Under the pieces are notes generated by a model. It was not told the DNA's origin. It saw only the letters and a program-made list of their open reading frames with translations, and did not search any database. Below are positions 1 through 12,845 of a DNA stretch of 64,000 bases, in pieces (the stretch's first letter is position 1; every line of letters starts with the position of its first letter). Where the stretch lies: contig OZ218951.1 in assembly GCA_965112735.1 (NCBI GenBank), forward strand, positions 2,604,001-2,668,000. The letters are read 5' to 3'. Source of the stretch: Phaeosaccion multiseriatum (taxonomy: Eukaryota > Protista > Ochrophyta, other classes). The translations under genes were made by a program, and so were the position numbers.

Positions 1-3000
1 ACGGCTACGGCCACAACGATCATGATGATGGGTCTGCTGCTGTGAAACGTGGAGTGCGGCTGGCAGCCCCGGGGAGCACTCCGGCGATGCAACGGGCCTT
101 TGCCAGGGCCATCGCCCACACGACGGGGGCGAGGCTCGTCCTCATCAACCACTACAGCGTGAAGGCCCTTGTGACGGCAGGCATTGCGGCGGGGGTGCCG
201 AGAGAAATGTTGCACCCTCTGCCCCTCACCGAAGCGCTGCTCGAGGTGTCGAGGGAGGAAGATGAGCCTTACGTGGTGCTCTTGTCGCTGGATAAGCCTC
301 CTCCGAAGCTGAGGTTGGAGGGGGAAGGGGGCGGTGGCGGAGGGGGGGGGAGGCGTCGGAAGAGGAGGGCGACGACCTCCTCGGGACGGGGGGACGGGGA
401 TGGGGACGGAGGAGGAGGTCTGAGAGGCACAGAGGAGGGAGAGGGGGAGGACGAGGAGGAGGGGGAGTTGGGGGAGAGGGTGCGACGACAGCATGGAGGT
501 GGAGGAGGAGAAGGGCCGGAGGACTATGTTCCCTTCGAAGACGAGGAGGGTGGAGTGGAGGAGATGGCGGGAGATTCGGAGGAGGGGGAGGAAGGGCTAG
601 AAGATGGGGTCATCAGCAGCATGAGAAGTGACAGCAGCACCAGCAGTAGTATGGTGGTGGAAACCGGCGGGGAATGGGATGATGATGAGAGGGCTGAAAG
701 CTGCGTGGGTGCTCTTTCTGGCTTTAGCAACTACGACGACGAGGAGGAGGAGGCGGAGGAGGAGGAGGATGGCGAGGGGGTGGGGGGTGGCGAGGACGGC
801 AGGGGCAGTGACAGCGGCCAATTCATGGATGGCGACGACGACCGTGGGCAGCAGCCGGATACAGTGGATAGAGAGCAGCACGGCTCTCGGGTCGACGGCA
901 AGGCAGAGGGGGGGGGGAGAGGTCGAGGCGGGGGGGAGGGCTCCTTCGAGTGTGCTGACAGCGAGTCCGAGGAGGAGGTGCTGCCTGAGATGGAGTGGGC
1001 GACGAGGCACCAGCAAGAACCACAAGAGGGAGACGACTTTGTAGAAGGAGGACGAGGAGGAGGTGAAGCGAGGGGGGCGCAGGCAAGCACCCGCAGCAGC
1101 AGTAGCAGCAGCAGCGGCAGCGGTGCTAGCAGAGCGGATCGAGCGAATGTCAATGACCTGTTGCTCAACGCCTTGAGTAGTGAGACGTCGCGGGTGCTGT
1201 GGCTGCTCGACGAGCGATTCAGCGGCCTCCACGGCAGCGCACCCATTGTCGCGGGAAGTAACGGAGGAGGCGCACAAAGCGGCTTGTCGGCTGGTTCCTC
1301 TCCTTCCTCGCCCGGACAGGAGCAATACTACCAACAGCAACATCAGCAGGGGCAGGGGCAGCAGCAGCAGCCGCCGTCCTTCTGGTCTTCACCAGGACAG
1401 CAGAGTAATCACCACAAGCAGCAGCAGCAGCAGCAGCAGCAACAGCAACCGCAGGAGGAGGAGGAAGAGCAGCAGCCACCACCCCCACCATACCCGAGCA
1501 CAAACAACGAGGAGACGAAGAGTGGCAGATGGGGAAGTTGGGAGTCGCGGTCAACTGAGGGAGGAGGAGGACACCCAATCATCTCAGTCGACGCGGCCCT
1601 GCTGACGGCCGCTGCCGGTGGGGATGTCACACTGGTGGACTACTTGCTCTCCATCGGGGCAAACCCCTCCTACGCAGATCCTGAAACCAATTGCACCCCC
1701 TTCTTCGTTGCGGCTTCTGGGGCGCACCTACCCGTGTTGATTCGGTTGATGAGGGCTGGGGTAAGGCCGCAGGAGAATGACCTCAACAGCGCGTTGCTCA
1801 ACGCTGTCCAGGCGAGGGTAGTGCGAAACGAGGACGGGAGGGGGCACCCTTCCTCCTCCTCACCACCCCAAACCGGGCCCAAGGGAGCTGTGGTAAGGGT
1901 CGCGGGGGAGAAGGGGTTGGAGGGGACAGACGACCCTTGCTTGGTTGTGAAGCTGCTGCTGGAGAATGGCGCATCGGCCAATGCAAGGGATCCACGCAAC
2001 TCTTCGGCGGCTCTTCCTCTTGCTTGCATGGCGGGCAACGACAAGACCGCACAGCTGCTGCTGGAGAGGGTGAGTGGGGGAAAGGGAGGGAGGGAGGGAG
2101 GGAGGAAGTGGTACACACGTAGAGGAAACCATCTGGGGGATTAACTTAACTTATCATGCTTGGTGGTGTCGCTTGGAGACTGCTGCTTTGTCTGGAAGTG
2201 TTACGTTAATCTCTGGCCACGGGTCTCCGTCCCTCCCTCTCTTTCTCCTTCCTTCCCACCCGCCCTTTCATCCTCCCTCCCTTAATCTCCGTTTTCTCTG
2301 CCCTCCCTCCCTCCTCCCCCCCCCCCCTTCTCTCCCTTCGTTCCTCTCTCCATCGCCATCCACTGCCATCTTTAGGGCTGTCCGGTGGGCATCCCTGACA
2401 AGAACGGTGTAACGGGTCTCACTGCCTCGGCGGCTCTGGGCTATACCCGTGTGGTGAGCCTACTGCTGCGCTGGGGGGCGGCGTGCCCGGATGTGGCTCT
2501 ATGCCTCGCCGCGGAGGAGGGGCACGCTGGTGAGTAGTGGGGTCTTTGCAGGAGAAGAGGGGGGGAGGGAGGGAAGGAGGGAGGGGCAGAAGAGGAAAAG
2601 ATTGGAAGGAACGAGGGGAATGGGGGAAGCTGTTGGGGGAGAGAGAACCAAAAGGGGCGAGAGCCATACCATGGTATCGGGAAGAGACCATGGAAGCGAA
2701 AAAGCACTCGCTTCTAGCCTTGTGTATACCCTCTCTCTCTCTCTCACCCCCCCGTCCCTCCATCCCCTTCCTTCTTCCCTTTACCCCTCCCCCCTATCTC
2801 TCCCCTTCAAACGCGCACCACAGACGTCGTTCGTCAGCTGCTTGATGCGGGATGCTCTCCGGCGGCCTCAATATCGACGTCCGACACGGTTTTCGGGGCA
2901 TTCCATGAGAGCGTTTTCCCACACAAGGACAAGGTCTATGCCCTTATGCTCGCGGCACAGGCGGGACATTTCGAAGTGGTGAAGCTGTTACTCGAGGAGG

Positions 3001-4868
3001 ACACCAAGAGGAACGATAGCAAGATGGGGGGGGGTAGGCGTAACGGTGGCCAGGGTGTGGGTGGGGGTGCGGGTCTGGCGGATGCGAGGGACAGCAGCGG
3101 TCAGAGTGCGATTCTGTACTCGTTTTACGGTTTCGCTGCTACAGAGGCCATGGAGAAGACCATTCGACTCTTGCTCGAGGCCGGGGCAGACCCGAATGAC
3201 GGAGTGGTCAGCAGTGGTCAGCGAACGGGGGATGGGGCTGGTGGAGCAGGAGGAGGCGGAAAAGAAGCGACGAAAGGCAAGCGCAAAGGAAGGAGGGCAG
3301 CGGTGGGGGCCACCACAGAGCTGGTGGATGGGCAGAGGCAACATAGCTTGCTCTTCGACAGCGTTGTGAGCGGGAGGGAGCCTATCGCTTTAATGTTGGT
3401 GGAGGCGGGTGCGTCGGCTGAGCAGGCGGAAGACGGGGAAGGCGTGCCTGTCCTCTTGCACGCCGCCTACAGGGGGATGGCGAAGATGTGCACAGCGCTG
3501 GTTTTGAAGGGAGGGATGGACGTCAATGCGGCAACCAAGCTTACCAATGTGACTGCATTGATGGCAGCCTGCAGTGAGGGACATTCTGAGGTGGTACGAG
3601 CGTTGCTGGGGCTGGAGAAGGAGGCAGAGGCCTACTTTTCGGCCATTGAGAAAGAGGAGGAGAAGGAGGAGGAGGAGAGGGAGAAGGAGAGGGGGGTCGA
3701 GACGGAGAAGAACAAGAACAAGAAGCAGAATGAGAACGGGAGAGAGAGGGCGGGCGGGGGCGGGGGGAGGAGAGAGAGGAGGAGGAGGAAGAAGGAGAGA
3801 GAGCAGGAGAGGAAACGAAGACGGGAGAACCGGAGGCGACGAGCGAAGGTCAATGTGGACGCTGCAGACACGAGTGGCATCACCCCGCTAATGATGTCGG
3901 CCTTCAAAGGCGGTGTGGAGTCGGTGGAATTACTCCTCGCGGCGGGGGCCCGCCCTAACCTGTGCAACTCCGCAGGGCAGAGTGCCATCATGTACGCCTT
4001 TGGGGAGAGGAGAAGAGGTATGTGAGGACAGTGGGTGGGAAGGGCAGAAGAGTAGGCAGGATGTTCTTCAAGTCACAGTTACAATTTTCAGGGCTTGCAC
4101 TTTGGAAGAAGGATTTCATCGATACGGTCCAGAGCTCACACTTTGGAAGAAGTGTGGGATGTGTGTATGTATGTATGTATGTATGTATGTATGTATGTAT
4201 GTATGTATGTATGTATGTATGCAACAACTTTCATGTTTGTAGGCATGACTCTGCTTGCGGTGGGGGGTACACGGAAACCCAGCCATAGTCCGTCCTCTTG
4301 CCCTCCGTATCCCGCCATCCTCCTCTTCCTTTCTCTATCTCTCTCTCTTCCGCCCCCTCTCTCTCTCCTTCCCTCTCACTGTCCCTCTTTGTCTCGCACC
4401 TTCGAATCCCCCCTCAGTGGTGAACGACATAATGAAGCAGCTGCGCCGTAACGGCATGCAGACAGAGCAGCCCCTGAGCGGTCTCATGAAGGCACAAGGG
4501 CAAATCATCCGCATGCTGCTTCGGGCAGGTCAGGGATAGAGAAGAGGGGAGGGAGGGAGGGAGGGAAGGCCGGAAGGAGGGAGGAGGGGAGGGGGGAAGG
4601 GAGATGTGTGCGTGTTGCGATGTGGACACCACTCTTGGTGCTTGCAGGGCGTGACGGTTTTGCTTTCAACGTGTCACCTTCTCTATCCTCTCCCTTCTCC
4701 AGCTTGGACGGCTCGTTTGACGCTCGCTTCTCCTCCTCCTCCTGCTGCTGCTGGCTGCTGCTGCTGGCTGCTGCTCCTCCTCCTCCTCCTCCTCCTCCTC
4801 CTCCTCCTCCTCCTCCTCCTCCTCCTCTCTGTCCTTCGAAGGTGCTGACCAAAATGCCCGCGACGTGA
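1..4868 (+). CDS. Ankyrin-repeat protein with long acidic/Gly/Gln low-complexity N-terminal region (spliced; 5' end uncertain)
   Basis: Multiple ankyrin repeats (ALLTAAAGGDVTLVDYLLSIGANP, TALMAACSEGHSEVVRALL, GITPLMMSAFKGGVESVELLLAAGARPN). Frame-consistent GT-AG exons: <42-2069, 2376-2529, 2824-4017, 4418-4528, and a tentative last exon 4648-4868. Confidence 0.8.
4165..4220. repeat. (GTAT)n microsatellite in intron
   Basis: Perfect tetranucleotide array seen directly. Confidence 0.95.
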
Positions 4869-6266
4869 ATGGAGAAATTGCGACGAACTACGACTATTAC
4901 ATACACGGAACCGGCGGGTGGGGCGGGGGCGGACATTGAGCACTTCTAGAGGCATATGGTACGATAGGAAGGGAAAGGAGGGATGTGCCCTCATTAGAGA
5001 GAAAGAATATGCCCCTCTCTCTCCACACACACATACACGCGCGCGCACACACACATAGCACTTCATATGTACATTTCTTGGGACGGGCATGCCGCGCGGG
5101 GGGCGAGCGAGCGAGGGAGGGAGGGAGTGGCAGAGAGAGCGAAAGGGAAATGCTACAGCAGCAGCCGAGCCCCCGGATAGTATCGGATCGGACCGGCCGA
5201 GGGAGGGAAGGGGAGGGGCCGGCGGCGGCGTCGATCGATGCGTCGATCGATCAAGAGGGGAAGCGTCTAGTGTCGCTGTCCTCTGGAAGTGACGTCAAAG
5301 TAAGACTCGCTCGCCCTCTTGATTGAGCGTCATCCTTGTTCGCTCCTCCTTCTCTCCCTCCCTCCCATCCCCCTCGGCCGATCCGATCCGGCGTCGGCCC
5401 CGTTTTGTGGCCTCTCCGCTCTTCGGACGCTTGGGGGAAGGGAAGAGGCAGAGAGCAAATTGTTCTGTACTGCACTTCAAGTATAGGGTATATACGTAAG
5501 GCTACATAGGATAAGAGTTATATTATGATATTGGAGAGATTCCAAGGTTGCAAGGTGTGTGCTTTCTTCCTTCCTTTCCTTCCTCCCTACATTCCTTGCT
5601 TGCTTCTGCCTGGTGGGGCTGCCCACCGAAAGCGTCCCGTTTGTTGCAGTGTGCAGGTTTGGCTCTTGCTTGGCTGCCCCTCCTCTTCACGCACGCACAC
5701 CCACACACACACACACACAGGAAGGAATCAACATTGATTGCGGCCCTGTCCCGCAGAGAAATTTGACGTGTGTACTACCGTATGGTAGCAGTGAAATGGC
5801 AGCTGACACACGAAACGAATACGATACCCCACCCGTATCTCACACAATTACAGTACAAAAATTTGAAACCCCCACCCTGCATCAGAGGGCGGGGTATGAC
5901 AAGGCCGTCAACACAACACCTGGGTAGGCAGGCCCTTAGGCCCTGGAGACAGACACAAGGAGGTTCGGCGGGGTGGACAGGCAGGTGGAAGGCAGGCAGA
6001 TGCAGACAGACGTATCTACCGACAAGCAAACAGCCTGACTGGGGCGACACACCTACTCTTCTACTCCTGTAGGATGGACTTTGATCATCGCGACGCTACC
6101 TTAGACTCCTCGTGCAATGAATGAGACGCTGCTCTGTTAATCAGACGTCCCATCTCGCTAAACTGACACCTCCCAGTCTGAATATGAATATATTCAGTGG
6201 ATAGAGGTGGGGTGTCAGTCTGGCAAAAGGATGTCTTCTTACAACTCGAACTGGAAGTGACGAACT

Positions 6267-7749
6267 CTACTTGCCGAAGGGCAAAATTCTTGTGAGAATG
6301 TTCTTGCCCTTGGAGAAGTAAGTGAAGGGCACCGCAGCGACGTGGGCGGGCACCAGGAAATACTCCAGGGCCTTGCCCATATACCCGTGTGCTTGGAAGG
6401 CCTTTTTGGCGATGGCTCCGTTGGCCTTTTCCGCCCCGTCCAGGGTGGTGAACCAAAAGGGGAGGCCCTGTGTATGAGTAGGGGCCGTAGGCAGTAGGAG
6501 GGAGCGCAGCAAGGGAGGGGGGGGGGGGGTAGAGACGGAGTGAGAGAGGACGAGGAGAAGGAGGGGGAGGAGGGTGGTTGGGGGGGTTACAAAGACAAGA
6601 AGAGAAGCTTTCGGCAAGGACAAGGACATTGACCGGCCGAGGCATATGCTCGCTCCAAGAGTTTCACCATCCCCACGTGCTTCCAAATCGGCCATCAATA
6701 CTCCGACAACAAGGGTGGTGTGGCAGCTCCTCTCCCATTCTCCCTCCTTACAACAAAACCGCATGTTGGCCTTGCCACGCTTCCTACAGCTATTCCTCCC
6801 TCCCCTCCTTTGTCCGGTCCTGCCTCTCTGTCTCTCTGCTCCGTTTCGCCCCACTCCCCACTCCACCCACCTTGCCACCATAGTACCCCATGGCAATGCC
6901 CGAACCAGGAAGGGTGAAGCTGAGCAGATAAAGACCGTAGTGGTTCAGCCTCCCGGCCAGTTCTTGCCACTTGGGCCCAGGCAGCTCTGCCGGGATCTTG
7001 CTGGCTCGTGCGCTGAGCACCCGAACGGCGACGCGGGGTACTAAGAGCATGGCGGCGGTGAGGCCGCAGCTCTTGTGGAGGAACATCATTCGCCCCTTGC
7101 TCTCCTTGGGCCCCCTCTGGTCGGTCGGGACAGAGCGGGGTGTGGTGGGTGGTGGAGGTTGTTGTTGGTTGTGGTGGTGGATGATCGAGGAGGGGGGAGA
7201 AGCGGCGGGGAAGGGCGGCGAAGGAGTGAAACTTACTGTTAGGAAGGTGGGGAGGACGACAAGGAGGAGGAGGAATGGGGAGTGGGGCGGAGGGGACTAG
7301 AAAGGGGAAAGAAAGAAGAGAGGGGAGTGGCCGTGTGGAGAGGACGTCACGAATGATCCTGCACATTTGTGTCACTCACGCGTACGCACCTGCGCAGCCT
7401 GGGCGAAGGCGACACACCCGACCATAGCGCCGCCATGGATCCAGTGCATTGCCTGCGGAGATGCGAGGCGGAGACGGAGAAAGAGGAGGCGGGTAAGGGG
7501 AGGGACAAGACAGGGGAGTAAGAGAGAGACTGAGAGGGGAGCAGAGACTGGAGGACGACGAGGTAGTGAGGTAGATCCAGCAGCAGAGAGGGGGACAGCC
7601 TTCACCTGCATGCCGCCAGGGTACGCTGTGAGGACTTTTGAGGAGGCAGTCGCAGCAGCTTGCGCGGCTTCTGGGACAGGGGGGGGCGGCGGTGGGGCTG
7701 CAGAGGTGGAGAATCGCCTCGCGGCGACGCTCCTTAGGCCTCTCAGCAT
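6267..7749 (-). CDS. Bacterial-type di-heme cytochrome b561 (CybB/YceJ-like) with mitochondrial-type presequence, ~217 aa
   Basis: Exons 7749-7606, 7452-7390, 7116-6871 and 6467-6267 join in frame: MLRGLRSVAARRFSTS...YPGGMQAMHWIHGG...MFLHKSCGL...PGPKWQELAGRLNHYGLY...GSGIAMGYYGGKGLPFW...QAHGYMGKALEYFLVPAHVAA...ILTRI. Four TM segments and four His at the heme-ligand positions. Alternative ATG at 7755. Confidence 0.85.
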
Positions 7750-8126
7750 GGACATAGATCTCAGCGATACGACAGGGAGAACGCAAGGAGAAAAGAAAGG
7801 TCCCACCCGCAGATATTGTTATCCTCTTTGGGATTATGTCTTTGGGCTTCAAAATCGATCTCCGTCGTCGGAGAACGCCAACTGAAACTCACGCATTGCT
7901 CAACTCGATGCCCTCCGGGGATGGCCGGGAAGGATCGATGGCACTTCACGGCCATTTTTCCCCCTCACCCCCCCCCCTTTTTCCCTCTCCCCCCCACATC
8001 CCCACTGCGCACCTTTGCTTCGCTCGGAGGAGACTGACGCAACTGGGGCCCAAATCCCAGGGGCGGTTAAAGTCCAACCCCCCCCCGATCTTCTCCCCTT
8101 CTCCCCTTCTCGTAACTATACATGGT

Positions 8127-9055
8127 ATGAAGGCCTGGATCTTAATCGCTCCTTCGACCTTCCTCCTGGGAAGCGGCTTCCAAAGCAGTGGCCCTTCGAA
8201 CCACCTCTTGAGGAGTGGTTCTCGTCTGTCTTTTTGTAAAAATCGCGGAGAGAGAGACTTAGAGCCCATCAGGAGAGGCAGAAAGAGGCGCCGGCAATCG
8301 CTTTCCAACTTGGCCGCTTCCCCAGAGGACGGCAATGAGCAGCCCAAGGAGAAGGACGGGACGGAGGGGGGGAGAGACGTGACTGCTGCGAACGCAGAGG
8401 AGGGAGAGGATGACCTGGAGAGGAGCGCTCGTGAGTGGATCGGCGACGACGAGGGGAGAGCGAAGTGGTGGGAAAACCAACGCAAACTAGCAGAGAAGAT
8501 GAAGGAGTCTCAACGGTGGGTAAGCATGGCACTTACTATCTGTGCCCATTCCCAAATAGGGCACGGTGCAATTCCATGGCTAACTTGAGACGACCACAAA
8601 GGGCAACGTTGGACAGTGACCCCGACTGCACGCTGGAGTGACCACCACGCCCGCCACGCCCACACGGCCCCTCTGCCGTCGTAGCAGACGGTTGTCATTT
8701 CCGTCCGGGATGATGCAAATGGATGAAGATGAAGCGTATGCTTTCGATTTATTCCTCCCTACCCATCGTTGTCGTGCACGCCCCTCCCCAACCAACATCA
8801 AGCAGAAGAAGGCTGGGCGAGGTCAACAATCAGGAGAAGAACCTCAAGGAGCAGCTAACCAGGCTCGAACCTCTCTTGGGGCTGAAACTGCTCGAGGAGG
8901 ACGGATCGTACACCCCCGCGGCCCTAGGGCTGCAGTTGGCCACCTATATCCTCCCCGCTCTGCTCGCTTGGGGCTTTTATTCGACCTTCTCAGACGCATT
9001 TCGCGAACTCGGCAAGATTGTCTCTGTGCTGCAGGAGCAGGGTGGGGGGGGGTGA
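8127..9055 (+). CDS. Hypothetical protein, putative plastid-targeted, one C-terminal TM helix
   Basis: Exons 8127-8515 and 8806-9055 join in frame. N-terminus MKAWILIAPSTFLLGSGF followed by a Ser/Arg-rich stretch resembles a signal peptide plus transit peptide; then a coiled coil and the hydrophobic LATYILPALLAWGFY. Confidence 0.6.
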
Positions 9056-10107
9056 GCGATGAGTGCACCGAGTTGATTTGTTGTTGCCTTTAATTGGTTC
9101 ATTGTTGAAGAGTGCAGAGAGATGTACACCTGTTGGCAACACCCTGGCCTGATATGATAGAGGCCTCTGCAGATGAGCAGGCCTACGAGTGGACGAGTGC
9201 GTGCGAGCTTGAAGCTACCGCATACAAAAGAGGTGAGAACTTGGACAGGGGGAGAAGGAAGGAAGTGTCAGTAGCAGAAGCTACGGCGTTTGGGGTACCA
9301 CAGAAACACACATTTTCCGCTGCCTTACGGTCTCTTGCATAAGGCCCGTGCTCCACCCCCTCCATCTGTCTTCACAGGGTGGTATTCCCTCTTTCCTTCC
9401 GTTATGTATTGCTTAGACAGTTGATTGTGCGAAAGTTCGAGGTCCGACAACAGAAACCTCCGACCTTGTTGCCTTGTGAACTGGTTGGCTGGTTGGCTGG
9501 TGGGTTGGTTGCACCCTCCGCCGCTGTCAGCGCGCTGTCGACAGCGTTTTGCTATCGGAGGCTCGCCACTGTGCTACAGTGGTGAATGTGCTGCGCGCTG
9601 CGCCCACCCCAGTCTACATGGACGAATGCTTCTGTCGCCCTGTCGCCGAGTCGCCCAACCCCCGAAGTATCTAACTATGCTCCTTGCTCCCTTCTCTGAT
9701 GCGTTCCGCTACTTGCTCTCTGCTGCCTTCTGTGTGCTTAGCCTGCGTCTCCATGGAGCTGTGGGACTCCTCTCGTCGACGGAAGAACCGTTTCTCCTTT
9801 CTTACAACAATTACTACTAGAATGGTACATACATTTATTTATATCACAGATTTCACGAGAGTACGAGAACATGCGCGCGGCGCGCTCCAAGCTGCTGCTG
9901 TTTGTCCTTCTTACCTCTCCTGAAAACTAAACACGACGACCGCACACAAACCAATAGCACATGTACGACGAACGACCCTTTGAGAGAGAGAGAGTGCGCG
10001 AGCGAGCGAGCGAGCAGTCCATAACAGACTATGATACAGCAGCTCCATTGCACGGCTCCAAAAGGGGGCCCGTCAAAGCCCCTGCGGCCCCTCCAGCTCC
10101 TCCCTCT

Positions 10108-11187
10108 TCAGCACTGCCACAGCTCGTCCATGCCCGACTGAGCAGTGTCCTCGTCGGCCTCCTTGCTGGGCTTCTTGGTGGCGGCCAGCATGGGCGCTCC
10201 GGAGGTTCGTCGAATCACCTTCTTGGTACCCCTTCGCGGGGACAGACGGACCTTAGTAGAAAGCCCAATCGAAGTGGCCACTGCGGACCCCTCCCCGAGC
10301 AGCGCCGCAGCTGCCTTTACTACTTGGTCCGTCTTGGCGGTCTTGGACGGCTTACTGGCTGCTGGGAGCGTTGTTGTTGCTGCGCTTACGTTCTGTGGTA
10401 GCAGCTGCTTCGCCCTCTCGCCGCCCTCTCCAGCCCACCCCGCGTTGCCCTCCCTCTCATGACCCCCCTCCTCGGCGCCTTCCGAGTACACAGTCCGAAA
10501 CCGCCCCAGGACGTCGTCGGCCTCCGAATCCACGTTGTCCTCTCGGTTCTCCTTATCATCCTCCTCCTCTTTCTGTGTGGGCAACTCCAGCGTCTCTTTC
10601 TCGTCCTTGTTCTCTGTGGATGGGTATCGGCGGAGGCCGTCAAGTTTCTTTGGCGTAGGAGTGGCGGCAGCGGTGTGGGGGGTCCTGGGCAGGCTCAGCC
10701 TCTTGGGAGTATCGTCCTTGCCGAGCTGCTGCTCTTGGGCCTGTTGTGGTCGCTGGAGTTCCAGCAGTCGAGCGAGCAAGAGCACCACATCGTACTTCTG
10801 GACAAATATTTTGGCATGAGGAGAGGTCCGGATCGAGAGGAGAAGCCGCGTCAGGGCTGCGCTGAACTCCGCGTCTGCCCCTTCCATGATGCCGCCCTCT
10901 CGCTCCTGTTGCAGCAACTGGTGCTGTTTTTGCTCTTCCTTTTCCTCCTTCTGTTGCTCCTGCTGCTGCTCCTCCTTCTGTTCCCCATGAGAAGCTGCTT
11001 CCCTTCTCCCACCCCTCCTCCACCTGGGTGGTGAGCGGAATATCAACCACCCCACGAGGAGACACACAGCAGCTGCTGGGCCACAGGAGGTAAAAAGGCC
11101 GTTTGTGTATTCGATCCGAGGGTGGTGGCCCCCCCCGAGTTGGTTCAGCCAACTAGCGTCAGCTTTCACCCACTTCATCTCCTTCAT
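10108..11187 (-). CDS. Hypothetical protein (one TM segment, acidic/Gln-rich); may have an upstream exon
   Basis: 359-aa ORF with plausible coding composition; no recognised domain. Confidence 0.45.
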   Translation of the reverse strand: MKEMKWVKADASWLNQLGGGHHPRIEYTNGLFTSCGPAAAVCLLVGWLIFRSPPRWRRGGRREAASHGEQKEEQQQEQQKEEKEEQKQHQLLQQEREGGIMEGADAEFSAALTRLLLSIRTSPHAKIFVQKYDVVLLLARLLELQRPQQAQEQQLGKDDTPKRLSLPRTPHTAAATPTPKKLDGLRRYPSTENKDEKETLELPTQKEEEDDKENREDNVDSEADDVLGRFRTVYSEGAEEGGHEREGNAGWAGEGGERAKQLLPQNVSAATTTLPAASKPSKTAKTDQVVKAAAALLGEGSAVATSIGLSTKVRLSPRRGTKKVIRRTSGAPMLAATKKPSKEADEDTAQSGMDELWQC

Positions 11188-11546
11188 CTCTTCTTCTCCC
11201 TCCCTGCACTACGTCTCGCTCTCTTTGCTGTTGTTCGCCTATTCTCGACGGATCTTCCAATGCTACCACCTTGGATCTTCCCAACTGCCAGTTGGGGGTT
11301 TTCCCTCTTCTCCTACTGCTGCTGCCTGGAGCAGCCGAGAATTGCAGATGCTATTCCCTCTGCGTCTATACTCTCCGCTCCGGAGCCTGCTGTCGTGCGC
11401 AGCAGTGTGGTCCGAGGGCGGAGGTACAGATGCGAGGGAAATGTCAAATGTCGAAGCAGTCGAAGAAGCGAACATCAATGGATGGCAGTAGATGGCAGAA
11501 AGTGTTTCACGTGAAGTGTTCCCTCGCAAAAACAGCTGCTTGTAAA

Positions 11547-11768
11547 ATGAGTGGAGCTGCCAACCCCACGTTCGGAAGGACGGTGTTCGTCTTTGGGGCG
11601 GCGATGGTGTCTTTGTTGAGTGGGGCTACCGCGGTGCACTACGTTATGAAGCCCGACCTTACCTTGCCTGACGTGGATGATGAGTACGGATTGAAGGAAC
11701 TCGCTGAAGAGGAGAGACAGCTGAAGGAAGAGCAGCGCAGCAGAATCAGTAAAGGGGCAAGTCGGTGA
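11547..11768 (+). CDS. BRAWNIN/UQCC6 (C12orf73, DUF4516)-like small mitochondrial membrane protein, 73 aa
   Basis: FGAAMVSLLSGATAVHYVMKPDLTLPDV matches the family pattern of a hydrophobic helix followed by G-A-x-x-V-H-x-x-x-[KR]-P-D-L-T-[IL]-P. Confidence 0.8.
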   Translation: MSGAANPTFGRTVFVFGAAMVSLLSGATAVHYVMKPDLTLPDVDDEYGLKELAEEERQLKEEQRSRISKGASR

Positions 11769-12845
11769 CACCCCCGAGAGAGGAGAGGGAGAAGAGTGAA
11801 TAGTAGAGCAGCTGGAGGAGAAGTGAGGAGGAGGAGGAGGAGGAGGAGGAGGAGGAGGAGGAGGAGGAGAGAAGAGAAGAGAAGAGCGCCTGAGCTCTCG
11901 GGTTCCGTGGGTCCTCGGCGAAGAGGCCCAGAGTGAACACCTCAGATACGGCAACACTCTGACTGATGCCAGGGCCTCACCTCAATCGAGGTCTTCCAAG
12001 CCCTTATGGACGTGTGACGAGGAGAGAAGCGCGACAAGACGGGCTGGAGCTGCCCGGACCTTTGACGTCCAAGCCTGCCCCTCCTTTCTGGTGCTCAATG
12101 ACTTGTCTGACTCAGGCGAGAGTCGTCCTGTCCTGCAAGCGCAGCATTGAGTTCCCTCTGCGAAGGGAAGAACCTGAGAGAGGCAATAGAGAGGGAGAAA
12201 GCCACTCCGAGAAGAGAGAGACACACACGTCCGACAGAACTGTGTTCCCACGTGGCACTCACTCAATGCGCTTTGCGGTGCAGCTAACAATCGAATGGAG
12301 AAGAGAAGAAGCCGGCAGTTCCTTTTGAACAGCGCATAGGCTTTTGTCACCGTATCGATGGCATGGAGCAGAGTATCGCCAGCAGCAGGGCGGTGCCTGC
12401 GAAGAAGCACCTGTGTATGAATTTGGAACTGGCTGCCTCTTTCACGAAAGCTTCAAGCAAGCCAAACATGGCTCTTCAATTAATGTATTAACTGCATTCA
12501 CTCTCTGGGCTGCTCTGCTCCTCTCTCGTACAAGGCAGAGAGAGAGAGAGAGAGAGCTCCCGCCTCGCTTGCATTCACGTGCCGCCATTCTTCTGCTCGC
12601 CCGTAAGATATGTACTTGTAGGGTCTCCTCTCGGCTACCACCACGACAGTTAAGGCAATTTATGGTCTTGGGCATCGCTTCAGCAGCGCTTCGGCCTTAG
12701 CGGGGTAACTGATTGCAGCCATCATCCGAATCGACGAGGGTGATGGCTACTGTCTCAACTCACCTCTACCTCAAGCAAGAGGCACTGACGATGATCAGTG
12801 ACTTGACCATCTGCTGCCATCTAGTCTCTCTCTCTCTCTTATGCC

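Noticed and set aside
9112-10053. Short ORFs between the putative plastid protein and the 10.1-kb gene
   Set aside because: No recognisable motifs and no consistent splice pattern found.
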